Shown: positions 1 through 8,572 of the stretch, piece by piece
Position numbering within the stretch: position 1 is the first letter of the stretch
Layout: each line of letters starts with the position of its first letter
Virus record (IMG/VR): IMGVR_UViG_3300034082_000137
Reading direction: 5' to 3' (one strand)
Length of the DNA stretch: 20,000 bases
From: an uncultured virus (IMG/VR IMGVR_UViG_3300034082_000137)
Lineage: Duplodnaviria > Heunggongvirae > Uroviricota > Caudoviricetes
Notes under the pieces: generated by a model
Database searches by the model: none
Seen by the model: the letters and a program-made list of their open reading frames with translations, nothing else
Told to the model about the DNA's origin: nothing
Position numbers and translations under genes: made by a program

Positions 1-254
1 ACGCCGCTAGCTGGGATGCCAAGGTATCTGACGCTGATGTTGCTTGTACCGCTTGGTGGGGCGGCTGAGAAGGTCAGGGTTGTGCCTGATACAGAGTATG
101 TACTTGGGTCTTGGAGTACACCCGTTACAGCAACAATGATTGAAGACGTGTTGGCAGGGGCCACCGTCATGGTGTAGCCTACAGTTGTTCCATCCCCGCT
201 GAACGTATCCGTCAGAAATGCAATTGAAGTTGGGGTGTTGCCGATGTATGACAT
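1..254 (-). CDS. Putative tail/tail-fibre structural protein, N-terminal part (runs off the left edge of the window)
   Basis: Not in the ORF track. Manual translation from ATG at 254 gives MSYIGNTPTSIAFLTDTFSGDGTTVGYTMTVAPANTSSIIVAVTGVLQDPSTYSVSGTTLTFSAAPPSGTSNISVRYLGIPASG with no stop. It starts 3 nt after the stop of 258..815 and is paralogous to the N-terminus of 2010..3293. Confidence 0.8.
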   Translation of the reverse strand, partial: MSYIGNTPTSIAFLTDTFSGDGTTVGYTMTVAPANTSSIIVAVTGVLQDPSTYSVSGTTLTFSAAPPSGTSNISVRYLGIPASG

Positions 255-257
255 AGG

Positions 258-815
258 TTACTCGTAAAGAATATTGACGCTGCCAGCATCGAAGGTGTCT
301 GTGCCGTTGACTGTAGTGATGCGTACCATATTAAGAACACCACCAAGGGACACAGTACCGCCTAAAGAAATAGACATTGCAGTAGAAGCAGAACTAGAAA
401 CAGTACCTGAACCTACCCAAGTATTTCCTGATAAGTTTGCAAAAGTTAAAATACCTTGGCTTACAAATGCTGCATTGTCCCAACCAATAATAAAACCTGC
501 TGTACTAGTTTGTGTAGAAGTTCCTGTGTAAACTCGACCAGCCGCACTTACATAACCCGTAGTTGCTGGAGTGCCTCCAGTTCCTAATTGAATTAAATAA
601 TTTGACGCACCATTAGTAGAAACTCCACTAAACATCACGGTAATCCGCTTAACCCAAGACGGGATGTCGGTAAAGTTAATGCTAGTACCCGATGTGGAAG
701 CTACGGCTGTGCCAGATGTAAGAACACCCACACCTGTTGGTGTGCCAGATGTCACAGGGCTGGTTAAAGTTATCGGTGCGTTTAAACCCGCCTGACTTAT
801 TGTGCTGATTGGCAT
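258..815 (-). CDS. Putative tail-associated structural protein (Ser/Thr/Gly-rich, beta-rich)
   Basis: 185-aa ORF with S/T/G-rich composition and a C-terminal 'FDAGSVNILYE' of the kind seen in small phage tail-fibre-region proteins; lies in the tail gene cluster. Confidence 0.65.
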   Translation of the reverse strand: MPISTISQAGLNAPITLTSPVTSGTPTGVGVLTSGTAVASTSGTSINFTDIPSWVKRITVMFSGVSTNGASNYLIQLGTGGTPATTGYVSAAGRVYTGTSTQTSTAGFIIGWDNAAFVSQGILTFANLSGNTWVGSGTVSSSASTAMSISLGGTVSLGGVLNMVRITTVNGTDTFDAGSVNILYE

Positions 816-824
816 AGGTGTTCC

Positions 825-1325
825 TTATGTTGCACTTATTTTAGGTGCTAGCTTGCCGTATGCAGATTCTGCAATGTGTTTTTCAATCAAAGATGCCATA
901 GATACGACAACACGGTCTCCATTTTTTATAGGTGTAGACGAATGCTCCTCAATACTGGAAAAGCATATCCAAACATCCCCCTCTTTCACGTCAAGTTCTA
1001 CTCCATCCAACACAGGTTTTCCGCCGAACTTAGGCATTTCTATGGCTACGTTGCACCGAACATGGTGAAACCCTACTGGCGCTGGGTCGGTATGCACATG
1101 CACATGCGCCCCCATTAAGTAGTTATTCCCAATAAAATGCCCCAACTCAGGCTCTTCCATTTCCCAAACAAGACCAAAACGGGAAAACAACTCATCAACA
1201 ATGCTTTGGTCTATTTTTAACTTTGACGCAAAACGTCTCCCATATCCATTCGGGCGCATTAAGTTACCCGTTGCCAACGACCCCAACTGTTTGGCTATAT
1301 CAGGGGCGTGTATAACCCGTTGCAT
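825..1325 (-). CDS. Putative 2OG-Fe(II) oxygenase superfamily protein
   Basis: HxD motif (VHTDP), distal His (EEHSSTP) and the RxxxS-type 2OG-binding strand (GDRVVVS), in the order expected for a double-stranded beta-helix oxygenase. Confidence 0.7.
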   Translation of the reverse strand: MQRVIHAPDIAKQLGSLATGNLMRPNGYGRRFASKLKIDQSIVDELFSRFGLVWEMEEPELGHFIGNNYLMGAHVHVHTDPAPVGFHHVRCNVAIEMPKFGGKPVLDGVELDVKEGDVWICFSSIEEHSSTPIKNGDRVVVSMASLIEKHIAESAYGKLAPKISAT

Positions 1326-1327
1326 TT

Positions 1328-1690
1328 TTACGCACTAACGGTAGGTTTAGCAAAGGACAGCGGGTTCACGCCTTTTGGGATGGTGTCTGGGTCAATGATG
1401 TCTTCAACTTTATCCCCAAAACGTAGCGCATGTATGCAATAGGCTACGGTGTCTGGTTCCAACGCCACCAGCTTATGTTCCTTTTCCGCCTTAATGTAGA
1501 TCATGTGCGGGGCTGAAAACTGCGTAACTACGCCATCTACCTCAAGTTCCACAGAGCCGGAAGCCAAAAGCGTCAGATGGTCAAATGGGTGTGTATGCCC
1601 AAGCTCAATGTCCCCTGCAGCTTTGAAGTGCATCATCCGGCAAAACAAGTTTGCTACGCAGCTTATTGCTATATGTGGGGGTAAGTTCAT
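1328..1690 (-). CDS. Cupin-domain protein
   Basis: Cupin motif 1 (GHTHPFDHLTLLASGSVELEVDG) and motif 2 (IYIKAEKEHKLVALE). Overlaps the upstream gene by ATGA. Confidence 0.8.
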   Translation of the reverse strand: MNLPPHIAISCVANLFCRMMHFKAAGDIELGHTHPFDHLTLLASGSVELEVDGVVTQFSAPHMIYIKAEKEHKLVALEPDTVAYCIHALRFGDKVEDIIDPDTIPKGVNPLSFAKPTVSA

Positions 1691-2013
1691 TGGTTGCCAT
1701 CCATAAATAAAGTACTTGGTATTTCATTCCAAAACCACGTCCACGTTGTTGGGTCTAGCGTAGCTTCTGGGTGGGGCTTTACACCATAAAAAACGTCGTT
1801 TTGAGGGTCGTAAGTATACCCAACACCTGCATAATTCCCTCGTAGCGCTAGTCCACCATCTGGTTGACCATCAGCGCCGTAATGCAAATTACCGCGTGTG
1901 TTGTATGAAGTCTGCACCCATAAATCTTTATCTGGTAGGGTATCAATAAAATCTTGCTCGGCAACGATAACCGAGTCCACTACGCCGTCAACAACCCGTG
2001 CAAAATGGCTCAT
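1687..2013 (-). CDS. Conserved phage protein accompanying glycine-rich tail proteins (possible tail-fibre partner/assembly protein)
   Basis: 108 aa with motifs MSHFA..V..VIVA, WVQTSYN and RGNYAGVGYTYD that I recognise from small ORFs following glycine-rich fibre genes. Coupled by ATGA overlap to 2010..3293. Confidence 0.6.
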   Translation of the reverse strand: MSHFARVVDGVVDSVIVAEQDFIDTLPDKDLWVQTSYNTRGNLHYGADGQPDGGLALRGNYAGVGYTYDPQNDVFYGVKPHPEATLDPTTWTWFWNEIPSTLFMDGNQ

Positions 2014-3293
2014 GCTGTGTATGTCCCAGAAGTTAAGAAGGTGTGGTACGAGTACCCGCCCGAAGATGAGTAAGTTCCGCCAGTTCCTCTTTGTGCACCA
2101 GCGTACCGGATTATGATAATACCTGACCCACCCGGAGAACCTGCGGATGCAGCGTATGCAGAACGCCCTGCACCACCCGCGCCACCACCTGTATTGGTAA
2201 CTCCAATTCCACCACCACCCGAAGTTGCCCCTGCGCCGCCGCCGCCTAGACCCGCTGCTCCGGGAGTAGCATTGTATGCTCCACCGCCTCCGCCCCCGCC
2301 ATAGTAAGTGCTATTAGCAGCCCAAAGATAGCCCGTGCCACCCGTGCCGCCAGTACCTTTATATCCTACTGCAGCCGATCCATTTGCAGCAGCACCGCCC
2401 GCACCTCCGTAAACCCATGTGTTATCGCCTCCAGTTACAAAGCCGTTTCCACTAACACCTGCAGTAGTACCACCAGTAGCGCTTGCTACGGTAACAATAG
2501 TTGAGGTAACCCCGGTTGCATTTTGCGCCCCCCCGCCTCCAACAGTAACTGTATACACTGTAGAAGTAGCTAGTGTAGTAGTGGCAGTTGCAGTTCCACC
2601 CCCGCCACCTGCTCTGTTAATGAAACTAGCAAAACTAGAACCGCCCCCGCCAGCAACAATAAGATATTCCGCTGAGTAGCCAAAAACTGTAGCTGTGGTA
2701 AAAGAAGTTGGGGAAGACCAGTCTGACCAAACATCAGTAACAACATTCCTATACCGTACTCTCCAATAGTACAAAGTGCTAGTGCTTAGGCCACCAAACG
2801 GTTTAGTAAAAGTAATTACTGCGCCTTGTGTACCGCTATCGTAAGCCGTTGTAGCAAAAATGGGGCTTGTAGATATTTGCCACTGACTGCTATTTTGTGG
2901 GTAGCCATATAGCGCATAGTACGCTGTTCCAGTCATAGCTATAGGGTCTTGTACAGCAGTCGCCCCTTGAGCAGGTGTTACATTGGTTGGGGTAGCTACT
3001 GTCGGTAAGGTAGTCCCACCGGTTGTTGCGATGACTTGAGTTATAGGACTTGTGTAGTACACATAGATATTATTAGTCCCGGTCAACGGAGCAGAAGTAA
3101 ATGTAATGGTGTTGCCGCTGACTGAATACGCCGAACTAGGGTTCTGGGCTACGTTATCAACCGTGACCTGTATCTGTGCTACAGACGCAACTTGTCGAGA
3201 CAGTGTAAACGCCGTAGTAGAAGCGTTACCATTGAAATAATCAATGGCTGGTGTAAACGCCTGTGTAATATTGGTGTTGCCTATAAAAGCCAT
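2010..3293 (-). CDS. Glycine-rich tail-fibre/receptor-binding-type protein with a fibronectin type III-like middle domain
   Basis: N-terminal 'FNGNASTTAFTL...YSVSGNTITFTSAP' module; FN3-like signature 'GLSTSTLYYWRVRY...WSDWS'; C-terminal glycine-rich domain from 'EYLIVAGGGG' through 'YYGGGGGGG' to 'GGSGIIIIRY'. Confidence 0.75.
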   Translation of the reverse strand: MAFIGNTNITQAFTPAIDYFNGNASTTAFTLSRQVASVAQIQVTVDNVAQNPSSAYSVSGNTITFTSAPLTGTNNIYVYYTSPITQVIATTGGTTLPTVATPTNVTPAQGATAVQDPIAMTGTAYYALYGYPQNSSQWQISTSPIFATTAYDSGTQGAVITFTKPFGGLSTSTLYYWRVRYRNVVTDVWSDWSSPTSFTTATVFGYSAEYLIVAGGGGSSFASFINRAGGGGGTATATTTLATSTVYTVTVGGGGAQNATGVTSTIVTVASATGGTTAGVSGNGFVTGGDNTWVYGGAGGAAANGSAAVGYKGTGGTGGTGYLWAANSTYYGGGGGGGAYNATPGAAGLGGGGAGATSGGGGIGVTNTGGGAGGAGRSAYAASAGSPGGSGIIIIRYAGAQRGTGGTYSSSGGYSYHTFLTSGTYTA

Positions 3294-3617
3294 TTAGACC
3301 ACCGTCAATCCTGATACCCAAGCGTCTGCTGATGTTGCTGCGCTTGAGACTACCACCAAAACATCTGAAGCCTGCAAAATAATCCTATTGCCTTGGATTA
3401 CCTCTAACGACCCGCCAACTGGGACGGTTGCCGTCTCTACCAAATAGTAGTTGACCGCCGAACGGGTGATGTAAACGTCACAGGTAATTGGAGAAACGGA
3501 AGTGTTGGACACCACAAGGCTGGCTACAGCCAATGTGCCAGAAGAAACTGTTGTGACGGTTGAACCGCTGGTGCTTATGTTCTTAACCCCATACGATACG
3601 TTGGTGTAGGTTGCCAT
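3294..3617 (-). CDS. Small beta-rich virion structural protein (putative)
   Basis: 107-aa V/S/T-rich ORF abutting its neighbours in the tail cluster. Confidence 0.6.
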   Translation of the reverse strand: MATYTNVSYGVKNISTSGSTVTTVSSGTLAVASLVVSNTSVSPITCDVYITRSAVNYYLVETATVPVGGSLEVIQGNRIILQASDVLVVVSSAATSADAWVSGLTVV

Positions 3618-3620
3618 TTC

Positions 3621-4664
3621 TTATCCCATCATAAAAGCTAAATAGTACGCATCATCTAGCGAGGCTGCGGAGCTTGCAACCCATGTCGGGCCTGTACCAT
3701 TTGAAGTCAAAATAGTCCCGTTTGCCCCAATTGGCAATTTAGACAGAGCAGTGCCAGAAACATAGTAAGAAATGTCACCAACAGCATAGCTTGTTAGTCC
3801 TGTACCGCCGTAATTACTAGCAATAGTTCCGCCCTGCCATGTACCGCCTGTGATGACCGTAGAGTTCATGTTAAGGGCGTTAGTACCCCAAGTCACATTC
3901 TCTGGGAGATACCCGTGGTAGTCCCATGTACCCGCAACAGTGGCGTTAGATACCAATACAAGTTCAATCGCGCCACCAGAGGTAATCGTTCCAATCGAGC
4001 CAGTGGCATAGTCTTGGAGTGTCAGTGTTCCAGTTGCGTTATTGTTAAACCCAAACGCTACGCCTGTACTCAGGGTAGTCGCATCAGGCATTGTGTAAGT
4101 CTGATTGCCTGTGCCAGTAAGGGTCTGAGAGTAACTAGATGCCGCAGTTAGCGCCGTTGTGCCACCTGCCGCTGCGATAGAGGTATTGGACTGGTTTAAA
4201 CGGTTAATAGATACGTTCTGGTTAGCATCACGAATCATTACCGAGTTAGCGCCAGAGGAAGAAGTTACGCCTGTGCCACCATAAGCCACGCCTATGGTTG
4301 TACCCTGCCAAGTACCGGAGGCAATTGTGCCCAACGGACTGACGTTACCAGATGCGTCTAAATTAACAGACTTGCTAGATGGATAGGTTACAAAGACATT
4401 GACCGTACCGCTAAACGTAACCGCTGAACCAGAGTTGCTGGACGACAGAATGGTTGTGCGTGTAAGCGTAGGCCCGGTAGTTGAGTACGTGCCAATTCCT
4501 ACCTCAAAGTTGCCCGTAGCGTCAAAGGAAGAGTAGTAGGTGGTATTGCCGTCGCCCACCACGGCAAAAGATTGGAAGCCCGCGACAGAGCCAGTAAGCG
4601 TAAAACTTACTGTGGTGTTGGCTGTGCCAGTCTGTTGTACCCGGTCATTTAGGGCTAGAGCCAT
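3621..4664 (-). CDS. Putative tail-fibre protein
   Basis: 347 aa, T/G/S-rich. N-terminus MALALNDRV, two GTWQGxTIxxxYGGTG repeats and a C-terminal 'G..LTSNGTGPTW' typical of phage fibre shafts. Confidence 0.7.
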   Translation of the reverse strand: MALALNDRVQQTGTANTTVSFTLTGSVAGFQSFAVVGDGNTTYYSSFDATGNFEVGIGTYSTTGPTLTRTTILSSSNSGSAVTFSGTVNVFVTYPSSKSVNLDASGNVSPLGTIASGTWQGTTIGVAYGGTGVTSSSGANSVMIRDANQNVSINRLNQSNTSIAAAGGTTALTAASSYSQTLTGTGNQTYTMPDATTLSTGVAFGFNNNATGTLTLQDYATGSIGTITSGGAIELVLVSNATVAGTWDYHGYLPENVTWGTNALNMNSTVITGGTWQGGTIASNYGGTGLTSYAVGDISYYVSGTALSKLPIGANGTILTSNGTGPTWVASSAASLDDAYYLAFMMG

Positions 4665-4674
4665 TTAAGACCCC

Positions 4675-5274
4675 TTATGAAGTCGCAGTAGTCGAGTACG
4701 TAACAGTTACGGTGTCGCCAGAAGTAACAGTCTTGGCAGTGCTGAAGTTTCCTTCGGAGTACAAAGTACCCGCAGTGCTGGAGATTGTGCTGACCGCGCC
4801 AGTACCTGTTACCAAGAAACAACCATACACAGTAGCGGAACCTGTCATTGTGTAGGTAATTGCTGTGGCTGTAGACGTAGTCACGTTTGATGGAGTTAAG
4901 CCAGACGAACTAGCCACCGCAAATACTGCTGTACCGCGAACCGCTGAACCGCCCACGGTGTAGGTGGTCAACTCAGTCCATGTCTTAGAAGCCATAGTGT
5001 CTGCGGCTGCAAACGTGGTGCTGTTGTTAATCAGGCCAAGGAACGGCCCAACTGTGGTGTATGTTCCAGAGGTACGGAGCAGGGTGTCCAGCAACAACTG
5101 CTTACCAACAGCCACAACCAAGTTAGGGAACGCTTCGTCCCACTTGAGGTTGCCTTGTGCGTCACGGCACTCGACTTTGTAATAGCCTTCGATGCCCATA
5201 CCTTCTGGGATAGACGCATTAGCTTGCAGGGTGGCTACAGCGTTGTCTCCAAAACCTGATTGTTCTTTGTGCAT
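4675..5274 (-). CDS. Putative tail structural protein
   Basis: 199-aa T-rich beta protein (NLVVAVGK; K.VTSGDTVTVTY). Its SD (GGAG) overlaps the upstream TAG stop. Confidence 0.6.
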   Translation of the reverse strand: MHKEQSGFGDNAVATLQANASIPEGMGIEGYYKVECRDAQGNLKWDEAFPNLVVAVGKQLLLDTLLRTSGTYTTVGPFLGLINNSTTFAAADTMASKTWTELTTYTVGGSAVRGTAVFAVASSSGLTPSNVTTSTATAITYTMTGSATVYGCFLVTGTGAVSTISSTAGTLYSEGNFSTAKTVTSGDTVTVTYSTTATS

Positions 5275-5282
5275 GGTGGCTC

Positions 5283-5696
5283 CTAATTAGAACTGCGAAT
5301 TAACGCAGAAGTGGCTGTATTGGCTGGCATTGTGATGGTGAACGTACCGGTAGATGTCTTATCTGACCCAAAATCCAACACCGCAATGGATTTATTTCCT
5401 TGGCTGTAATTGTAAATCAAGGCACACCGTGCCGTCACTGATGTTGACCATGAAACATTTGCAAAATTAACGTACACCGTATAGCCAGAAGAGTTAAGCG
5501 TTACCCCTGTCATAACGGCTCCACCCGCTGTGTAACCTGACGCTACAACCTCATTTGAGGTGCTATACACCGTGGTATCTTCATCAAGACTAGCATCTGC
5601 CGTGTACAGGGCGATCTTGATTGTGTCCGTCAGCAGGTTATGCACCGCTTGGTACACCTCTGCTTTAAATGAAGTAGTCTGTGTTTGGACGATCAT
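5283..5696 (-). CDS. Putative tail structural protein
   Basis: 137 aa with motifs KIALYT, NEV..SGYTAGG and AVLDFGSDKT recognised from conserved phage virion proteins; 1-nt overlap with the upstream gene. Confidence 0.65.
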   Translation of the reverse strand: MIVQTQTTSFKAEVYQAVHNLLTDTIKIALYTADASLDEDTTVYSTSNEVVASGYTAGGAVMTGVTLNSSGYTVYVNFANVSWSTSVTARCALIYNYSQGNKSIAVLDFGSDKTSTGTFTITMPANTATSALIRSSN

Positions 5697-6376
5697 TACA
5701 TGACCCCATTATTCTGGGGTAAAGGCGCAGCGCGGTACTGACCACTACGATACGCATCGCTACGCTCAAGGCCATCACCCAGACGTTTAGCGAGCATTAA
5801 CGCTTCCTTGTACTTGCCATCGTACAGTGCAACCATGTCGGCTTCGCCCTTCATGTAGGTATACGCCTCTACCAACGCGCCGTAAAGCAGCACAGAGTCA
5901 AAGTTGTCACCTAACCAAGTGGTTAACGCAGTGGTAATGGACTCTGGGTAGTAGTAATAGTGAAGCTCTGCAGAATACGTAGCATCCGGCGTTGGGCCAA
6001 GAATGAACGAAAGCTCATTACTTATTGTGGAGCTAGTAACTGTTGGGCCAAACAAGGCGTAGTACTTAGGGGTAGCTGTGTCAGTTGGCTGTGGATACGC
6101 TTCACGAATGAAGTTGACGTCCTTGTTAAGTAAAAACGTGTACACCCCAGCCGCATCAATTACCGCTAGAGAATAAGACGAAAGGTAGTCGTTGGGGCAC
6201 GACAGGTACTTATTGTTAACTGTAACTGACCCCGTCACGTTTTTCCGCAACGAGGGGAACTGAACGGTGTTGTAAACGCGCTGCTCTGCCTGCTGAATGA
6301 ACGTATTCATGTCAGTAGTGCTGAACGTGTTCTCCGTGTAATCGGAGATTGCAGTGACTAGAGCAGCGTAGTTCAT
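5696..6376 (-). CDS. Putative head-tail adaptor/neck (tail tubular-like) protein
   Basis: 226 aa with a helical N-terminus (FIQQAEQRV), a beta-sandwich containing GPTPD and a helical C-terminus (LLYGALVEAY). Located between head and fibre genes. Confidence 0.6.
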   Translation of the reverse strand: MNYAALVTAISDYTENTFSTTDMNTFIQQAEQRVYNTVQFPSLRKNVTGSVTVNNKYLSCPNDYLSSYSLAVIDAAGVYTFLLNKDVNFIREAYPQPTDTATPKYYALFGPTVTSSTISNELSFILGPTPDATYSAELHYYYYPESITTALTTWLGDNFDSVLLYGALVEAYTYMKGEADMVALYDGKYKEALMLAKRLGDGLERSDAYRSGQYRAAPLPQNNGVM

Positions 6377-6379
6377 ACT

Positions 6380-6646
6380 TTATGCCATTGGGCCTCGAGC
6401 CATCACACCTTTGGTAGCACAACCAGTTCCACGAATTTTGATGCCAGAGGTTTTGGTTGGCTCGTTGCCAGCGGACTTGCTGATAGCGCCAATGCTTACA
6501 TCCAGCGAATCCAGCTTGCTACGGTTAGGTTCTTTGCCGGGGTTCTCAGCTACGGTTACGCTGCCGCCTGACATAGTGTGAGGTTTAGCGTAAAGGCTGG
6601 CAGGGCCAACTTCTTTGCCCATGCGTTTCATGCTTTGTGTTGCCAT
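6380..6646 (-). CDS. Small basic phage protein
   Basis: 88-aa K/G-rich ORF ending IRGTGCATKGVMARGPMA; 1 nt from the upstream stop. Confidence 0.7.
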   Translation of the reverse strand: MATQSMKRMGKEVGPASLYAKPHTMSGGSVTVAENPGKEPNRSKLDSLDVSIGAISKSAGNEPTKTSGIKIRGTGCATKGVMARGPMA

Positions 6647-6647
6647 A

Positions 6648-6836
6648 TTAGCCTCGCTTTTGGTTAGCTACTTTAGCCAGACCACGGCCTAGCTTCAGCA
6701 TATCTTCATTGGTCTTGCCGCCTTTACCACCTTTGCCGCCGTGCATAGCGCTAGATGTGGGGCCACTATCACCAAGATTTTTGCCTTTGGTCTTGCCTTT
6801 TGAAACAATACCGTCTGCGGATTTTGTAAATGCCAT
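6648..6836 (-). CDS. Small basic phage protein
   Basis: 62-aa K/G-rich ORF (ADGIVSKGKTKG; LGRGLAKVANQK) with a strong SD (AGGAGA). Confidence 0.75.
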   Translation of the reverse strand: MAFTKSADGIVSKGKTKGKNLGDSGPTSSAMHGGKGGKGGKTNEDMLKLGRGLAKVANQKRG

Positions 6837-6845
6837 GATTATCTC

Positions 6846-7235
6846 CTATGAAACCGTAATACTGACTATACCAACATTCGTCGTTGCAACCAAGTAGTTC
6901 TGCGTCAACGCAACGTCAAAAAATGATGCCCCACCTACCGGGTACCAACCCCACTGAATATCTCTAGAGCCCCCCGCAGGGTACCCACTTGTGTTTGTGC
7001 CCGATGTAACATAAGTCGGGTCATGGCGCGGGTTACGCACAGCCTGTGGATCATCTACTGGAAACATACCCAACTGCAACTGCGGTTGATCTGGGTCCCA
7101 GCACTCAGGACACACCAAAAGGTTGTATTCTTTGAGCTTGATAATCTCTTTCTTTAGCTGCTTCAGTTTATACCGTTGCCCACAGCGGTCGCACTCGGCG
7201 ATGCTGTGTTTGCCTGACGCGAATCTATTGCCCAT
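6846..7235 (-). CDS. Zinc-ribbon-containing phage protein
   Basis: 129 aa with CDRC and CPEC pairs, followed by DPQAVRNPR. Confidence 0.7.
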   Translation of the reverse strand: MGNRFASGKHSIAECDRCGQRYKLKQLKKEIIKLKEYNLLVCPECWDPDQPQLQLGMFPVDDPQAVRNPRHDPTYVTSGTNTSGYPAGGSRDIQWGWYPVGGASFFDVALTQNYLVATTNVGIVSITVS

Positions 7236-7238
7236 AAC

Positions 7239-8159
7239 TTAATTTATAAACATCTGACGTGGGACGAACCGCGACGCCGCTGATTCCCTATCTTCTGTTG
7301 CAGCAAGCTGCCATGCTTCGTCGTACTGTGCTTTGAGGATGTCCAGCCGCATTGCCCCGTTAGGGACCTTCAGAGCCAAGTAATAGGCCAAACCTGCCAC
7401 CATGCAGGGTAAGAACCGGAACGGTACATCCATTGTGTTTACACCGCCACCTGCATCGTCAATACGGCGCATGCGGTAATAAACTAATTGGTAAGTAGTA
7501 GTGTTGTCTGGGGTAGGCCATACCGTCACGCAGGGTAGGTTCTGCGCGTATACGGGGGTTCCATTGATGTGCGATGCCGCAGTGGTGTTAGCCTGCCCAC
7601 GGTAGCAATATAAAAGTTGGTTGCCTTCGACAGAACCGTAGTAAATGATCTCTGACTCAATTATTACAAAGCCAGATGTAGCCAGACCTACTGTAGTAGC
7701 CACAGTAATCGTAGTATCCGTAGCTGTGATTGCGCTTGTCAAAGCTGTACCGATAGCTGACCGCTCACCGTCAAGCCGCTGTATCCAAATTTGAATAGGG
7801 CGAGCCTGCTGAAGTTTGTTAGGGATCGTAGCGTAGGTAGATACACTAATGCGTGTGATTGTTAGGTCAGCTTGTGTTGAGGCACTGCCTGCTCCAGTAC
7901 GTATAACGTGCTCTAAAAGGTCCACAGTGTCCACGGGCAAGGCGTAGGTGGATAGGCCCGGAGTCAGGGTGATTGTCCCTTGCTCAAACGTCCACATGTT
8001 TACGCCGCGATTGGCCCAGTCAGCAAACAGTAAGTTAAGCGATCGGCGGGCTGTCTTCAAGTCATAACCCGAGCGAAGTTCAGAACCCGCACGCTCAAAC
8101 GCCTCCTCCACCAACTCGGTGAGGTCTAGGTTAAACGCTGAGGTTCCTGAACTTGCCAT
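7239..8159 (-). CDS. Putative head-tail adaptor/neck protein with an inserted beta domain
   Basis: 306 aa. Helical N-terminus (ARRSLNLLFADWANRG), WPTPD motif and helical C-terminus (LPCMVAGLAYYLA), with a T-rich segment at about aa 131-208. Confidence 0.6.
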   Translation of the reverse strand: MASSGTSAFNLDLTELVEEAFERAGSELRSGYDLKTARRSLNLLFADWANRGVNMWTFEQGTITLTPGLSTYALPVDTVDLLEHVIRTGAGSASTQADLTITRISVSTYATIPNKLQQARPIQIWIQRLDGERSAIGTALTSAITATDTTITVATTVGLATSGFVIIESEIIYYGSVEGNQLLYCYRGQANTTAASHINGTPVYAQNLPCVTVWPTPDNTTTYQLVYYRMRRIDDAGGGVNTMDVPFRFLPCMVAGLAYYLALKVPNGAMRLDILKAQYDEAWQLAATEDRESAASRFVPRQMFIN

Positions 8160-8161
8160 GA

Positions 8162-8338
8162 TTATTTCATGCCTTTAAGGGTTTGGGCTAGGCGAGCACG
8201 TTGGCCCATTTTACCGGGCTTCTTTGCTGCAGCGGCTAGTTTTTTAGCGGGGATCGGCTTATCGCCTTTAACTCCAAGCGCGGCACGCAATGCACCGGGC
8301 TTTTTAATCGCGCCAGCAATCCAGTTTTTCGTAGCCAT
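8162..8338 (-). CDS. Small highly basic phage protein (58 aa, below the ORF-track cut-off)
   Basis: Manual translation: MATKNWIAGAIKKPGALRAALGVKGDKPIPAKKLAAAAKKPGKMGQRARLAQTLKGMK*. Fills the gap exactly, with a TAATG overlap at 8338 and 2 nt to the next start. Confidence 0.85.
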   Translation of the reverse strand: MATKNWIAGAIKKPGALRAALGVKGDKPIPAKKLAAAAKKPGKMGQRARLAQTLKGMK

Positions 8339-8571
8339 TATCTAAACCCCGCTGTTTTCTTAGCAATTGTTTTTGGCTGTGCTACGAATTGTTTTCCGGC
8401 TTTTTTGCCAGCACGCTTCGCACGCGTTGTTGCAGCATACTCACTAGGGCTAAGACTTTTAATCGCAGCACTTGGTAGGTATCTTTCACCTGTGTCAGAA
8501 GATTTTTTACCACTTTTAGTTCTCCATTTTTGGTCGCCCCAATCTTTGAGCGATTTTTGCGGGGCTTTCAT
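8338..8571 (-). CDS. Small basic protein resembling the C-terminal half of DUF5872-type proteins
   Basis: Likely start is ATG at 8571 (MKAPQKSL), 1 nt after the upstream TGA. Motifs QKSLKDWGDQKW, GERYLP and GKQFV. Family name recalled from memory. Confidence 0.65.
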   Translation of the reverse strand: MKAPQKSLKDWGDQKWRTKSGKKSSDTGERYLPSAAIKSLSPSEYAATTRAKRAGKKAGKQFVAQPKTIAKKTAGFR

Positions 8572-8572
8572 A

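Noticed and set aside
2113..2420. CCG/CCA-rich low-complexity tract as a DNA repeat element
   Set aside because: Fully explained by glycine codons of the minus-strand glycine-rich fibre domain.
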